DNA from: Bacteroidales bacterium
Lineage (GTDB): Bacteria > Bacteroidota > Bacteroidia > Bacteroidales > NBLH01
Direction: 5' to 3'
Length of the DNA: 64,000 nucleotides
Assembly (NCBI GenBank): GCA_050291445.1
Contig: JBNKJW010000075.1
Location: 581 to 64,580 of the forward strand
Shown: positions 20,653 to 30,300 of the stretch, one piece after another
Layout of the letters: each line of letters starts with the position of its first letter
Position numbering within the stretch: the first letter of the stretch is position 1
Position numbers and translations under genes: made by a program
Notes under the pieces: generated by a model
Told to the model about the DNA's origin: nothing
Database searches by the model: none
What the model saw: the letters and a program-made list of their open reading frames with translations, nothing else

Positions 20653-21159
20653 TTATTTCATTAATTTTGCAAATGGACCCCAAAACCAATGCTCATCAGC
20701 TTTTAACAACTTGTCTAATGTTTTGTCGGCCTGTTTTGCAAATTTTTCTATTGCATTTAATCTATCTGTAAACTCTTTAGTATCAGTTTCATGTTCTGTT
20801 TCAGCTGCTTGTTTTATCTCACTTAATAGGTGTAGCATCGGATCCAGTTCTTTTTCTTTTCTTACTTTCATAATACGTTTTAAAATCAGCCACATGTCTT
20901 TTTCTCCAATAAAAAACTCTTTTCTCTCACCCAGTACATGTTCTTTGTACAGCATTCCCCAATCAATCAGCGTGCGTACGTTCATGTTTACATTGCCTCT
21001 TGATATTTGCAATGCATCCATGATGTCTTCGGTACAAAGAGCTTTGTTGGTAATTAAAAACAATCCATGAATTTGGGCCAGGGTTTTATTCATTCCCCAT
21101 TGCGAGCCCAGACTCCCCCATGACATGATAAATTTTTGCTGACTTTGTGATAGTTTCAT
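20653..21159 (-). CDS. GbsR/MarR-family transcriptional regulator
   Basis: QKFIMSWGSLGSQWGMNKTLAQIHGLFL, EDIMDALQISRGNVNMNVRTLIDWG, GERKEFF. Start ATG 21159, with TACATTTG box at 21164-21171 on the minus strand. Confidence 0.9.
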   Translation of the reverse strand: MKLSQSQQKFIMSWGSLGSQWGMNKTLAQIHGLFLITNKALCTEDIMDALQISRGNVNMNVRTLIDWGMLYKEHVLGERKEFFIGEKDMWLILKRIMKVRKEKELDPMLHLLSEIKQAAETEHETDTKEFTDRLNAIEKFAKQADKTLDKLLKADEHWFWGPFAKLMK

Positions 21160-21185
21160 AATACAAATGTATAAATATATTTCTG

Positions 21186-21209
21186 AACTTTCAATAAATA
21201 TTGAAAGTT
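21186..21209. promoter_or_regulatory. Candidate autoregulatory operator of the GbsR-family gene
   Basis: AACTTTCAATA-aa-TATTGAAAGTT, perfect 11-bp inverted repeat with core TTTCA-N8-TGAAA. Confidence 0.7.
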
Positions 21210-21453
21210 TAACTTTTGTTAAGGAAATGATTCTGAAATTAAAGAAGTAAATTAGCTCCTTTAGGTTCTGTAATTCTTTTTGCATGCCCTTTTTATTTAA
21301 GATAGTTAATGCGCTGATTGACTTTTTCTTATGTGAAAACCTGGTTGAAACTTGAATTAAGTTTCTGGTTTAATCAATAGCAAATTTCAGGTAATATTTC
21401 CGAACCGAGAAGAAATACACATTAATGTTGTTATTTTGGCATAGCTATAACTA

Positions 21454-21620
21454 AATTAGGTTCTGCTGAAAAAGTCAGAAGTACATTAGATACAACTTAG
21501 CGAAGCGATATCTTCGACAAAAGGGAGAAAAATTAGCAAAGCGAAGTCGTATATTAATACTTCGAGCTGAAGCTAATGAAGTAGATGATGTGCTTCTGGC
21601 TAGTCAAAGTTTCTGACGAG
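21454..21620 (+). mobile_element. Non-autonomous IS-end/MITE-like remnant
   Basis: First 53 bp shared with 5681-5733; AGTCAGAAGTACAT is matched by imperfect complement ATGTGCTTCTGGCT near 21588-21601; no transposase ORF. Confidence 0.5.
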
Positions 21621-21661
21621 ATTTTATTAGGCCATAAAATGTAAGTGCAAAGAAAAATAAG

Positions 21662-21952
21662 ATGTTTTACCAAAAACCTTGCACTTTAAATTCTAAAAAA
21701 TCATGTAAGGCACTAGATATTAAAAGTATAAGCGTTTTTCAGCAAACCCTAATTATTCCAGATCCGTGCTACTACCACAAACACGAAACAACCAAAATCT
21801 TTGATTTGTTTTATGAACTAACCACTGCCGAAGGATATCATCCAAGTCCAACAAAATTAAACTTCATAATTACCATAGTTATTGGCATGCTTTTAGGATT
21901 GATTATTGGAAAAATATTTACACAAAAGCCTCAAAAAAAACAGCATCATTGA
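21662..21952 (+). CDS. Hypothetical small membrane protein (start uncertain)
   Basis: 96 aa ORF with a C-terminal TM segment (FIITIVIGMLLGLIIG) followed by basic residues. Confidence 0.4.
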   Translation: MFYQKPCTLNSKKSCKALDIKSISVFQQTLIIPDPCYYHKHETTKIFDLFYELTTAEGYHPSPTKLNFIITIVIGMLLGLIIGKIFTQKPQKKQHH

Positions 21953-21999
21953 ACTGAATATTAAACAATTGCGCAAACCATCGCATGTCTCTCTTCAAC

Positions 22000-22470
22000 C
22001 TACAAATACCTAAAATCCTTAAACATAGCGGCCTGCCCTATCCTGGTGTTTTCTTCGTCAAGAACGTTCCATAACAACACATCCTTAATTTCAAACCTTT
22101 TCCCTGATTTTGAAATTCTTATTCCTGAATAATTATTGGCGTAGCCATTTTTTCTTACCTCATAGAGAAATTTCTCCCTTTGCTCTCGCTCATCTTGTTC
22201 GGCAGAGTATTTTGAAGGCAGGCTGGTGAATTCGTCCCAGTTCATTTCAAAAAGTTGAAGCGCCGCTCTATTGCCATAAATAAATACAGGATCGTCACTT
22301 GCATTGTGCGAAAGCAATACGTAATCAGCGTTAAAAGCCTCTACAGACTGATTTTCAACACTATCTGAAAAATCTACAATTTCAATTCCTGCAAGTTTTT
22401 TTAAACTGATTGTTACCCGATAAACATATTCTTTTAAATAATCATTCGCTGAACAAGTGTACTTTTCCAT
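22000..22470 (-). CDS. Stand-alone MEKHLA (PAS-like) domain protein
   Basis: VLLSH..DPVFIYGNRAALQLFEMNWDEFTSLPSKYSAE..REKFLYEVRKNGY..YSGIRISKSGKRFEI..WN..GQAAMF. Confidence 0.88.
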   Translation of the reverse strand: MEKYTCSANDYLKEYVYRVTISLKKLAGIEIVDFSDSVENQSVEAFNADYVLLSHNASDDPVFIYGNRAALQLFEMNWDEFTSLPSKYSAEQDEREQREKFLYEVRKNGYANNYSGIRISKSGKRFEIKDVLLWNVLDEENTRIGQAAMFKDFRYL

Positions 22471-22666
22471 AAAACGCTAAGGTTGCTTAACTATATAATT
22501 TCCAACGAAAATAGTATATTTGCTAAAATCAAACGGAAAAAATTAACACAAAAAACCAAACACTAAATAATTTTCCTCCAATGAAACCCTCGTGGAGAGA
22601 TCTAATATTTAAAGTTAGCTCCTCCATAGAAGTTCATAGTTAATTATCAAACGCATAACTATAATA

Positions 22667-23743
22667 ATGAAATCAAATCTACTTATACTTTTTACTGTTT
22701 GCATAATCCTGTCTTGCTCAAACGATACATCGGAACAAACCACTAATTTAAAAAAAACACCAAAAGAGATCGCATCATTAATAACAGATGAGCTTTTGTC
22801 AAGGCAGGAATTTATGCTTTACAATACTCCTGATGTAAAAGCGTTGCACTATGCTGAAATTTGCACAGCCTACGGAGCCCTTAAACTTGCCGGCAAATTT
22901 AATGACCAGCAAACCATGGAAAAGCTCATTGTTCGTTATGACAGTGCAACACCAAAATACATTACAAACACCGAAAACCATGTAGATGCCAATGTTCATG
23001 GTATACTTTCACTTGAAATATACCTTCAAACCAAAAAGCCAGAATATTTAGAGCTGGGAATAGCTTTTGCCGATGGACAATGGAAGGACACGCTTCCTGA
23101 TGGCCTTACCTCGCAAACCAGGTACTGGATAGATGATATCTATATGATTGGCTGTCTTCAGATACAAGCTTTTAGAGCGACCAATGATACAATCTACCTT
23201 GATAGGGCAACAAAAGAAATTGATTCGTACACTAAAAAACTACAACAACCAAATGGTTTATTCTTCCATGGAGCTGATGCCCCATTTTTCTGGGGAAGAG
23301 GTAATGGCTGGGTTGCTGCTGGTTTTGCTGAATTAATTGCAGTTCTGCCAGAAAGCAACCAATATTACCCTTCTATCTTAAATGCTTACAAAAAAATGAT
23401 GAAAACCCTGCTAGAAAATCAGGATCAGGATGGAATGTGGCACCAGGTAATTGATAAACCAGAATCGTTTAAAGAAACCTCATCAACAGCCATGTTTGGT
23501 TTTGCAATGACAGTGGGAGTTAAAAAAGGCATCCTGCCCAAAAAACCATATACAACAGCCTACACAAAAGCCTGGAATGCACTTACAAGCTACTTAAATG
23601 AAGATGGAAAAATAAGGGAAGTCTGTGTTGGAACCGGACAAAGTAAAGACATTAACTATTATTTTGACCGCCCCAGAACAGTAGGTGATTTTCATGGCCA
23701 AGCCCCAATGTTATGGTTTGCAGATGCGTTGTTGATGGAATAG
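22667..23743 (+). CDS. GH105/GH88-type unsaturated glycuronyl hydrolase, lipoprotein
   Basis: Lipobox IILSC; YWIDDIYM, GLFFHG, FWGRGNGW, QDQDGMWHQV, ETSSTAMF; TATATTTG box at 22515-22522. Confidence 0.88.
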   Translation: MKSNLLILFTVCIILSCSNDTSEQTTNLKKTPKEIASLITDELLSRQEFMLYNTPDVKALHYAEICTAYGALKLAGKFNDQQTMEKLIVRYDSATPKYITNTENHVDANVHGILSLEIYLQTKKPEYLELGIAFADGQWKDTLPDGLTSQTRYWIDDIYMIGCLQIQAFRATNDTIYLDRATKEIDSYTKKLQQPNGLFFHGADAPFFWGRGNGWVAAGFAELIAVLPESNQYYPSILNAYKKMMKTLLENQDQDGMWHQVIDKPESFKETSSTAMFGFAMTVGVKKGILPKKPYTTAYTKAWNALTSYLNEDGKIREVCVGTGQSKDINYYFDRPRTVGDFHGQAPMLWFADALLME

Positions 23744-23910
23744 TCCCAACTCATTAAAGACGTATACATATAAATATCAAGCATTTAGCAAAACACAGAT
23801 TGTATACTAAAGCTTTAATAATAAAGGCGCTGGTTTAGGATTGCGTTGCAAAATTGAATAAAAAAATATGATAATAGAATGTTAGTATAGGTTTAATGCA
23901 AAGCGACCGG

Positions 23911-24036
23911 CCTCATAAAAAATTGCTTACAGCTTGCAATCAAACCTTAGCAAGACCGGGAAGCTTCGAACTTGTTTCGAAGATCACCTGGCCGCCCTTA
24001 GGTTTGATAAAAGATGGGAGCAATTTTTTAGGGAGC
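23911..24036. repeat. Nested palindromic intergenic element
   Basis: Three nested arm pairs: TAAAAAATTGCT / AGCAATTTTTTA, TCAAACCT / AGGTTTGA, CTTCGAA / TTCGAAG. Confidence 0.65.
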
Positions 24037-24108
24037 CTTGATTAATTGCTCTTGGTTTGCCATTTATTCTATTCACCTTTGTTTTACCAAAATTATAAAT
24101 AAAATTGA

Positions 24109-25071
24109 ATGGAAAAATTTGTAGACTTAATTTTTGCCAGGGATATTGAAAAAATTGAAAAACTGGTTAAAGAGGGAACATTAGATGTAAATGAATATGT
24201 CAGTCTCAATAGAAGCGCATTATCACTGGCAGCAGCATGTGGCTTTACAGATGTAATGGAGTGCCTTATAAACCTGGGTGCCGATATCAATCTGAATGAC
24301 GAAGGTAATTTAGGTTACACCCCCATTGAGCACGCAGCCCGCGAAAACAAAATTGAAGCCCTTAAATTGTTAATTGAAAAAGGCGTAGAAATTGACAAAG
24401 GAAACACAATTGATTCAAATGCATTGATTGGCGCCTGCATTGCTGCAAATAATGAGGTACTTGAAACTTTAGTAAAAAACGGGGCTAATATTAACCATGT
24501 TGATAATATCGGACAATCGGCCTTGCACTATATTTGTCTATATGCCAAACAATGGGGCAGCGGAACCATTACCCAAACCATTAATGGAGTTACTACTGAG
24601 CTCGAAAATCCAAGGTTTAAAGAACATACCAAAATATTTAACACTTTATTAGAAAATGGTGCGGATGTTAACCTGTTAGCAAATTATGGTTACGTTCCAC
24701 TTCACTTAGCTGCCGAAACTGATACACCAAGTTTTATTGAACCATTGATAAAAAAAGGAGCCAATGTCAACTTTAAAAACTCAAAAGGATTTTCGCCACT
24801 TCATGCAGCATGCGACAGGGGATATATTGAACCTGCCAGCCTGTTAATTGACCATGGAGCTGATATAAATATAGTTGACAATGAGGGCTTTACACCAATT
24901 CTTGGTGCCACGCTTTCGCAAAACGTTGATTTGGTAAAATTGCTACTTGAAAAAGGTGCCCCAAAAGATATAAAAGCTAAAATAAATTACGAACAGGTAG
25001 CTGAAGGAGACGATGCACTAGCCCTGGCAAAAAAGTTGAATAATGAGCAGCTAATTGAGCTTTTAAAATAG
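24109..25071 (+). CDS. Ankyrin-repeat protein
   Basis: Repeated G-x-T/S-P/A-L-H-x-A and LL..GA.VN motifs (GYTPIEHAA, GQSALHY, GYVPLHLAA, GFSPLHAA, GFTPILGA). Confidence 0.93.
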   Translation: MEKFVDLIFARDIEKIEKLVKEGTLDVNEYVSLNRSALSLAAACGFTDVMECLINLGADINLNDEGNLGYTPIEHAARENKIEALKLLIEKGVEIDKGNTIDSNALIGACIAANNEVLETLVKNGANINHVDNIGQSALHYICLYAKQWGSGTITQTINGVTTELENPRFKEHTKIFNTLLENGADVNLLANYGYVPLHLAAETDTPSFIEPLIKKGANVNFKNSKGFSPLHAACDRGYIEPASLLIDHGADINIVDNEGFTPILGATLSQNVDLVKLLLEKGAPKDIKAKINYEQVAEGDDALALAKKLNNEQLIELLK

Positions 25072-25149
25072 GCTTTTTAACAAATAAACTTTTTTTAGAG
25101 TATATTCGAAGAACCTTTTTAATTCAAACCTTCTTCAAATAGAAATAAG

Positions 25150-25860
25150 ATGATAAATAAAAGCATTGCACTGACCATAGCTATACTATTTAACAGTTTT
25201 ATTTACGGACAAAGAATTGGATTTGATATTATTGATGATTCAAAAGTTTCTTTGTGGATGCCAACTACTGAAACAGAATACCAGCATGCTTATTCCTTTG
25301 GTGCTTCGGAAATGGAGTCGACGCTAATAATCCTATTTTCAGAAGGTAGATATTATGCCCAGATTCGAAAATACAAAATGGATAAAAGTACAAACTGGGA
25401 GTGGGCTCCCTATTTTGTAAATCTAAAAAATGTAAGTATTCAAGGAAATAGGTTCTATTCAGATAAAACCAATGGCGAATTTGTAATATATCAACCTAAA
25501 AAACAAGAAGTTAAAGGATTAAAAGTATTCAAATCGTGGAGTGGCTGGGAAGAAGGAATTTATGAAATTGGAGTGGTAAATGATTCTCCGGTATCAGCCT
25601 ATTTTGACGGTAAATTTACTCAGGCATCTTTAAGAAAATTACAACCTGAAGAATTAAAAGGAATGTCGAAATTTGATTTAAAAGTGATGAGAAATGAAAT
25701 TTTTGCCCGCTACAGTTACAAATTTAAGCCTGGCGGCAAAATGGATAGCTATTTTAAGGAATATAACTGGTATTCAGGCTGGTACAATAATGTGGATGAG
25801 TTTTTAACCAGTCTGGAAATTGAAAATATTAAGCTGATAAAACAGTTTGAGAAAAAGTAA
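25150..25860 (+). CDS. Secreted YARHG-domain protein
   Basis: Signal peptide; C-terminal LKVMRNEIFARYSYKFK..MDSYFKEYNWY..LTSLEIENIKLIKQFE. Confidence 0.82.
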   Translation: MINKSIALTIAILFNSFIYGQRIGFDIIDDSKVSLWMPTTETEYQHAYSFGASEMESTLIILFSEGRYYAQIRKYKMDKSTNWEWAPYFVNLKNVSIQGNRFYSDKTNGEFVIYQPKKQEVKGLKVFKSWSGWEEGIYEIGVVNDSPVSAYFDGKFTQASLRKLQPEELKGMSKFDLKVMRNEIFARYSYKFKPGGKMDSYFKEYNWYSGWYNNVDEFLTSLEIENIKLIKQFEKK

Positions 25861-25906
25861 AAGTTGAACACAAAATTAAAAACCGGATAAACAAAATTTA
25901 ATATCT

Positions 25907-26265
25907 ATGATTGGAGTAACAGCATTCTTTCTATTTTTTATAGCACTAGTGTTAAGTCAAATTTGATATTTCTGGTAATTAGGGGCTGTATCAATAGCTT
26001 CGCATTCATCTAATATGATGATTTATCAAATCTGGGACCGATTAACGGGCCAGAAGAAGAGCGCATATTTCTTGATAGCAATGAGGAAGCAAGTGTGCAA
26101 CTAATGACTGATGCAGGCGAACAGGAATGGCTCTATTACATGGGCGGATTTCGGCCCAATAACAACTGGGGATCTGTAGGCGGGCTTTTTATATTGAACG
26201 TAGATGAAGAAATTATCAAAGAAGCTATCCTGCAAATCATAGAACGTTATTCTAAAAAAGATTAA
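25907..26265 (+). pseudogene. Probable degraded membrane-anchored ORF (not in the ORF track)
   Basis: ATG 25907 gives a hydrophobic peptide stopping at TGA 25964; a shifted frame has TAA 26011, then 83 open codons (YDDLSNLGPINGPEEE...IIERYSKKD*) to 26265. Confidence 0.5.
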
Positions 26266-26276
26266 AAAAAGCTTCT

Positions 26277-26864
26277 ATGAAAGGATCTAATTCAATAGGA
26301 TTACTGTTTTTAATAGGGCTTTTTTGTGGCTGTTCTCATTACATTACCAACACTGCTGGATACATCCGACCACCACAAAACTATAAGTTTAGCTACGCCA
26401 AAAAGGCAAAAAAATTAACAACCAGTACAATCATTGATACAACAGCAATCTATTATCTTTACAATAGCAACTTTTACCGAAATTCCAATAAGTACAAAAA
26501 CACCAATAACTACATTAGATTTTACGCTACTGGCCAATTTAAACTTCAGGGAGTAAAAATTCACCCAAAACTTGAAGATATTAATAATACGAATGTAGGT
26601 TTAATTGGTTATTACAAGCTAAAAGGAAATGTTATAAAAATGCAAATTTATTCGGATATTGATGGTGGTTCAATACAGCTTAAATTTGGCCTTATCGAAG
26701 AAAACGGCAACCTGGTTATTTTAAACGAAAATCCAAAAACTTATTTTCAAATAGGATATTCAGAGAAAGGGATTAAAAGAAAGATTAAAAATTCGTATTT
26801 TAACCCCAAATATTATCAGAAAATTTACTTTGAAAATATGACTTATGATAAGCCAGATTGGTGA
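26277..26864 (+). CDS. Hypothetical lipoprotein
   Basis: 195 aa, lipobox-like LFCGC, Tyr/Asn-rich; no family recognised. Confidence 0.7.
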   Translation: MKGSNSIGLLFLIGLFCGCSHYITNTAGYIRPPQNYKFSYAKKAKKLTTSTIIDTTAIYYLYNSNFYRNSNKYKNTNNYIRFYATGQFKLQGVKIHPKLEDINNTNVGLIGYYKLKGNVIKMQIYSDIDGGSIQLKFGLIEENGNLVILNENPKTYFQIGYSEKGIKRKIKNSYFNPKYYQKIYFENMTYDKPDW

Positions 26865-26884
26865 TAAAAACTAAAAATAATAAA

Positions 26885-27241
26885 ATGAAAATAATTTTTA
26901 TAACTATTTCAATACTAGCAAGTTTCATGGAGTGCAATTCAAAAAATGACCAACAACAAAACAACTGTTTTTCGGAAGAAAATTTTCAAAAAGTTTATGA
27001 ATATATTAATGAACAGATTAACAAAGCTGAAACTGAATTTATATCCTTTAGTGGATATGATATTTACTTAGATTTTGAAAAGACCAGGATTTTAGTAAAA
27101 GAAAAAGACAAAAATTACACATTATCAATAATTGAAAAGACTGATATTTATTCCCTCAACAAGAGTGCAAAGGGAAACGAAAGAATGGTAAAAACAGCCC
27201 ACAAGTTGTTTTGTGAACTACTGGCTAATGCACTAAAATAA
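26885..27241 (+). CDS. Hypothetical exported protein/lipoprotein
   Basis: MKIIFITISILASFMEC signal-like start; ATG 26885 preferred to GTG 26858. Confidence 0.6.
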   Translation: MKIIFITISILASFMECNSKNDQQQNNCFSEENFQKVYEYINEQINKAETEFISFSGYDIYLDFEKTRILVKEKDKNYTLSIIEKTDIYSLNKSAKGNERMVKTAHKLFCELLANALK

Positions 27242-27363
27242 AAAAGCCATTAGACATTAGTGTCACTTGGCTAATTTAGCAGAAATATCAAATTTGACTT
27301 AAAACTAGTCATTTCTATAATCCAACTAATGACCAATTACCCAACGACCAATATCTAAGTGAG

Positions 27364-30300
27364 ATGGAAAAAATCATACTAAAAGGCATCACCCACCACA
27401 ACCTGAAAAATATTGATGTAGAAATCCCGCATGATCAATTTACCGTTATTTCAGGGGTTTCCGGTTCAGGCAAATCCACTTTGGCCGAAGATGTAATTTA
27501 TAAAGATGCCGAACGACGATACCTTGAAACTTATTCGATACATGCACGACAATTATTAAACAAACTCAGGAGACCTGAAGCTGAACACATTAGCGGTCTG
27601 AGGCCAGCTATTCTGCTGCAACAAAAAAACTATGTCAACTCGCCCCGTTCAACAGTTGGAACGCTTACCGAAATCCATGATTTATTACGTTTATTTTTTG
27701 CCAGACTGGGTCAATCAACTAATAATCAACTCAATATAAAAAGAAGCTTGTTTTCTTTCAATACTCCTGAAGGGGCATGCCCAAACTGCAAGGGGCTTGG
27801 CTTAAGCGATAAAATCGACCCGGATTTATTGATTTCAGACCCGGAAAAATCGTTACGCGAAGGTGTTTTAGTCATTACTACTCCTACAGGTTACATTATT
27901 TATTCGCAAGTAACAATGGATGTAATGGCACAGGTTTGTGAATCGGAAGGATTCTCAGCGGACACCGCCTGGAAGGATTTAACTGAATATCAGAAGAATG
28001 TGGTATGGTATGGCAGCCAGAAAATAAAAATTCCCTTTGGGAAACACACCCTTGAATCTCGCATGAAATGGAAAGGCATAACTGCCAAACCGCGCGAAGA
28101 GGGCTACTACAAAGGCATCATCCCTGTAATGGAGGAAATCCTGAAACGAGACAGAAATCCGAACATCCTCCGTTTTGTAAAAACGGTGAAATGTGAAGCA
28201 TGTAGTGGGACTCGTTTTAATGAAAATGCTTTGAGTGTTAAGCACAACGGAAAAAACATTGCTGATTTACTTTCCCAAAGCATCAAGGAACTAAAAAGCT
28301 ATTTTCAAAACCTTAAATTCAGTCAGAAAGAAAAGGAAACAGGTGAGCAAATCAGAAAAGAATTAATAAAAAAAGCTGAAGTACTTGAAGAACTGGGTGT
28401 TGGTTATTTAACCCTAGACAGAAGCGCTGACACACTCTCGGGTGGCGAAGCTGCACGAATTCGACTGAGTGGTCAAATCAATTCAAAACTCAGAGGCGTG
28501 TTGTATGTTTTTGATGAACCAGCTGCCGGACTGCACGCAGCAGACATGGAAAAGCTGATGAATAAAATCACAGGATTATGCGAGTTAGGAAATACGGTTA
28601 TAGCCGTTGATCACAATGAACAAATTATTCGAAAAGCTGACTACATTGTTGAATTAGGCCCTGCCGCAGGGGTAAATGGTGGAGAGCTGATTTACCAGGG
28701 AATTCAACCAAATTGGAACGATTTAGCACAAAAGAGCAAAGAATCCAAAACTGTCACCTATTTATCTGGACAACAACAACTTGAAATAGTCAAGCACCAA
28801 GGTTGTAGGGAAAATATTAATATTTTTGGGGCAAAATCAAGAAACCTTAAAAACCTGAATATTTCATTCCCATTAAATCAATTGGTTGTTGTAACAGGCG
28901 TTTCAGGAGCAGGAAAATCAAGTTTATTAAAATATACCTTAGCAAATTACCTTCGAAAAAAGCTGAATGGGATCAATATCGAACATGGAAAATTTGAAAA
29001 AATTGAAGGAATTGAAAACATTGATAAAATCATTGAGGTAGATCAAGCTCCCATTGGAAAAACGCCCCGAAGCAATCCAGCCACCTACACCAAATTATTC
29101 GATCTTATTCGCGATTTTTATGCAAAACTGGATGAAGCAAAAAAAACTGGCCTGACAAAATCAAACTTTTCCTTCAATACCAAAGGAGGAAGGTGCGAGA
29201 ATTGCCAGGGAGCTGGCTATTTACAGACTGGCATGCACTTTTTAGGCAATGTGGATATTGTTTGCCCTGAATGCAATGGGAAACGATTTCAGGGAAAAGT
29301 GCTAAAAGTTAAATACAAAGAAAAAAATGTATTTGACATACTGGAATTATCTATTAATCAAGCACATGAATTCTTTATTGATAGCCCAAAAATTGAAAAA
29401 CCACTGAAAGTATTGGTCGATTTGGGTTTAGGCTATTTGAAACTTGGCCAGCGCTCAAGTACTTTATCAGGTGGCGAGGCCCAGCGGGTGAAACTGGCCG
29501 CTGAATTAAGCAAAACTTCTACTGGTAAAACTTTGTATATTTTAGATGAGCCTTCACGTGGTTTGCACTTGCATGATATCAATGTTCTACTGAAATCTTT
29601 CTACAAATTGCTGGATAATGGTAATTCGGTGATGCTAATTGAACACAACCTGAGATTGGTCCAGGCAGCTGATTATGTTATCGATTTAGGGCCGGAAAGT
29701 GGTGAAGAAGGCGGAGAAATTGTATTTGAAGGGAAGCCGAAGGAATTGATAGAGTGTAAAGAGTCGAGAACCGGGCAGGCATTAAAAAAGCTTCTTGGTT
29801 CACAAAAGGATTCCTTCGTCCTTTGCCCTATGAATGACGAAAAGGAAGAAGCGAATAACAACGTCATTGCGAGGAGCTACAACGAAACAATTTCTAACAT
29901 AACAATGAAAGGCGTTTCCAGCAATAACCTCAAAAACATTAATCTTGAACTACCTGTAAATCAACTAATTGTCTTCACCGGAGTTTCTGGAAGCGGAAAA
30001 TCTTCACTCCTGTTCGACACCCTTTATGCCGAAGGGCAAAAACGTTTTAACGAAAACTTTTCGCCTTATATCCGAACCATGCTAGGGCAGCAGAAAAAGG
30101 CTGATTTTGAACAGATTTCTGGCCTAAGCCCGGTGATAGCCATTAAACAAAAGCGATTAAAGCCCAATGCCCGCTCTACAGTAGGCACCTTAACCGAAAT
30201 TTATGATTATTACCGACTTTTGTATTCCCGAATTGGTCAGTTAAGGTACCCCCAAATGGCTGATTCTTTAACTGCATCTCATTTTTCCTTTAACCAAAGC

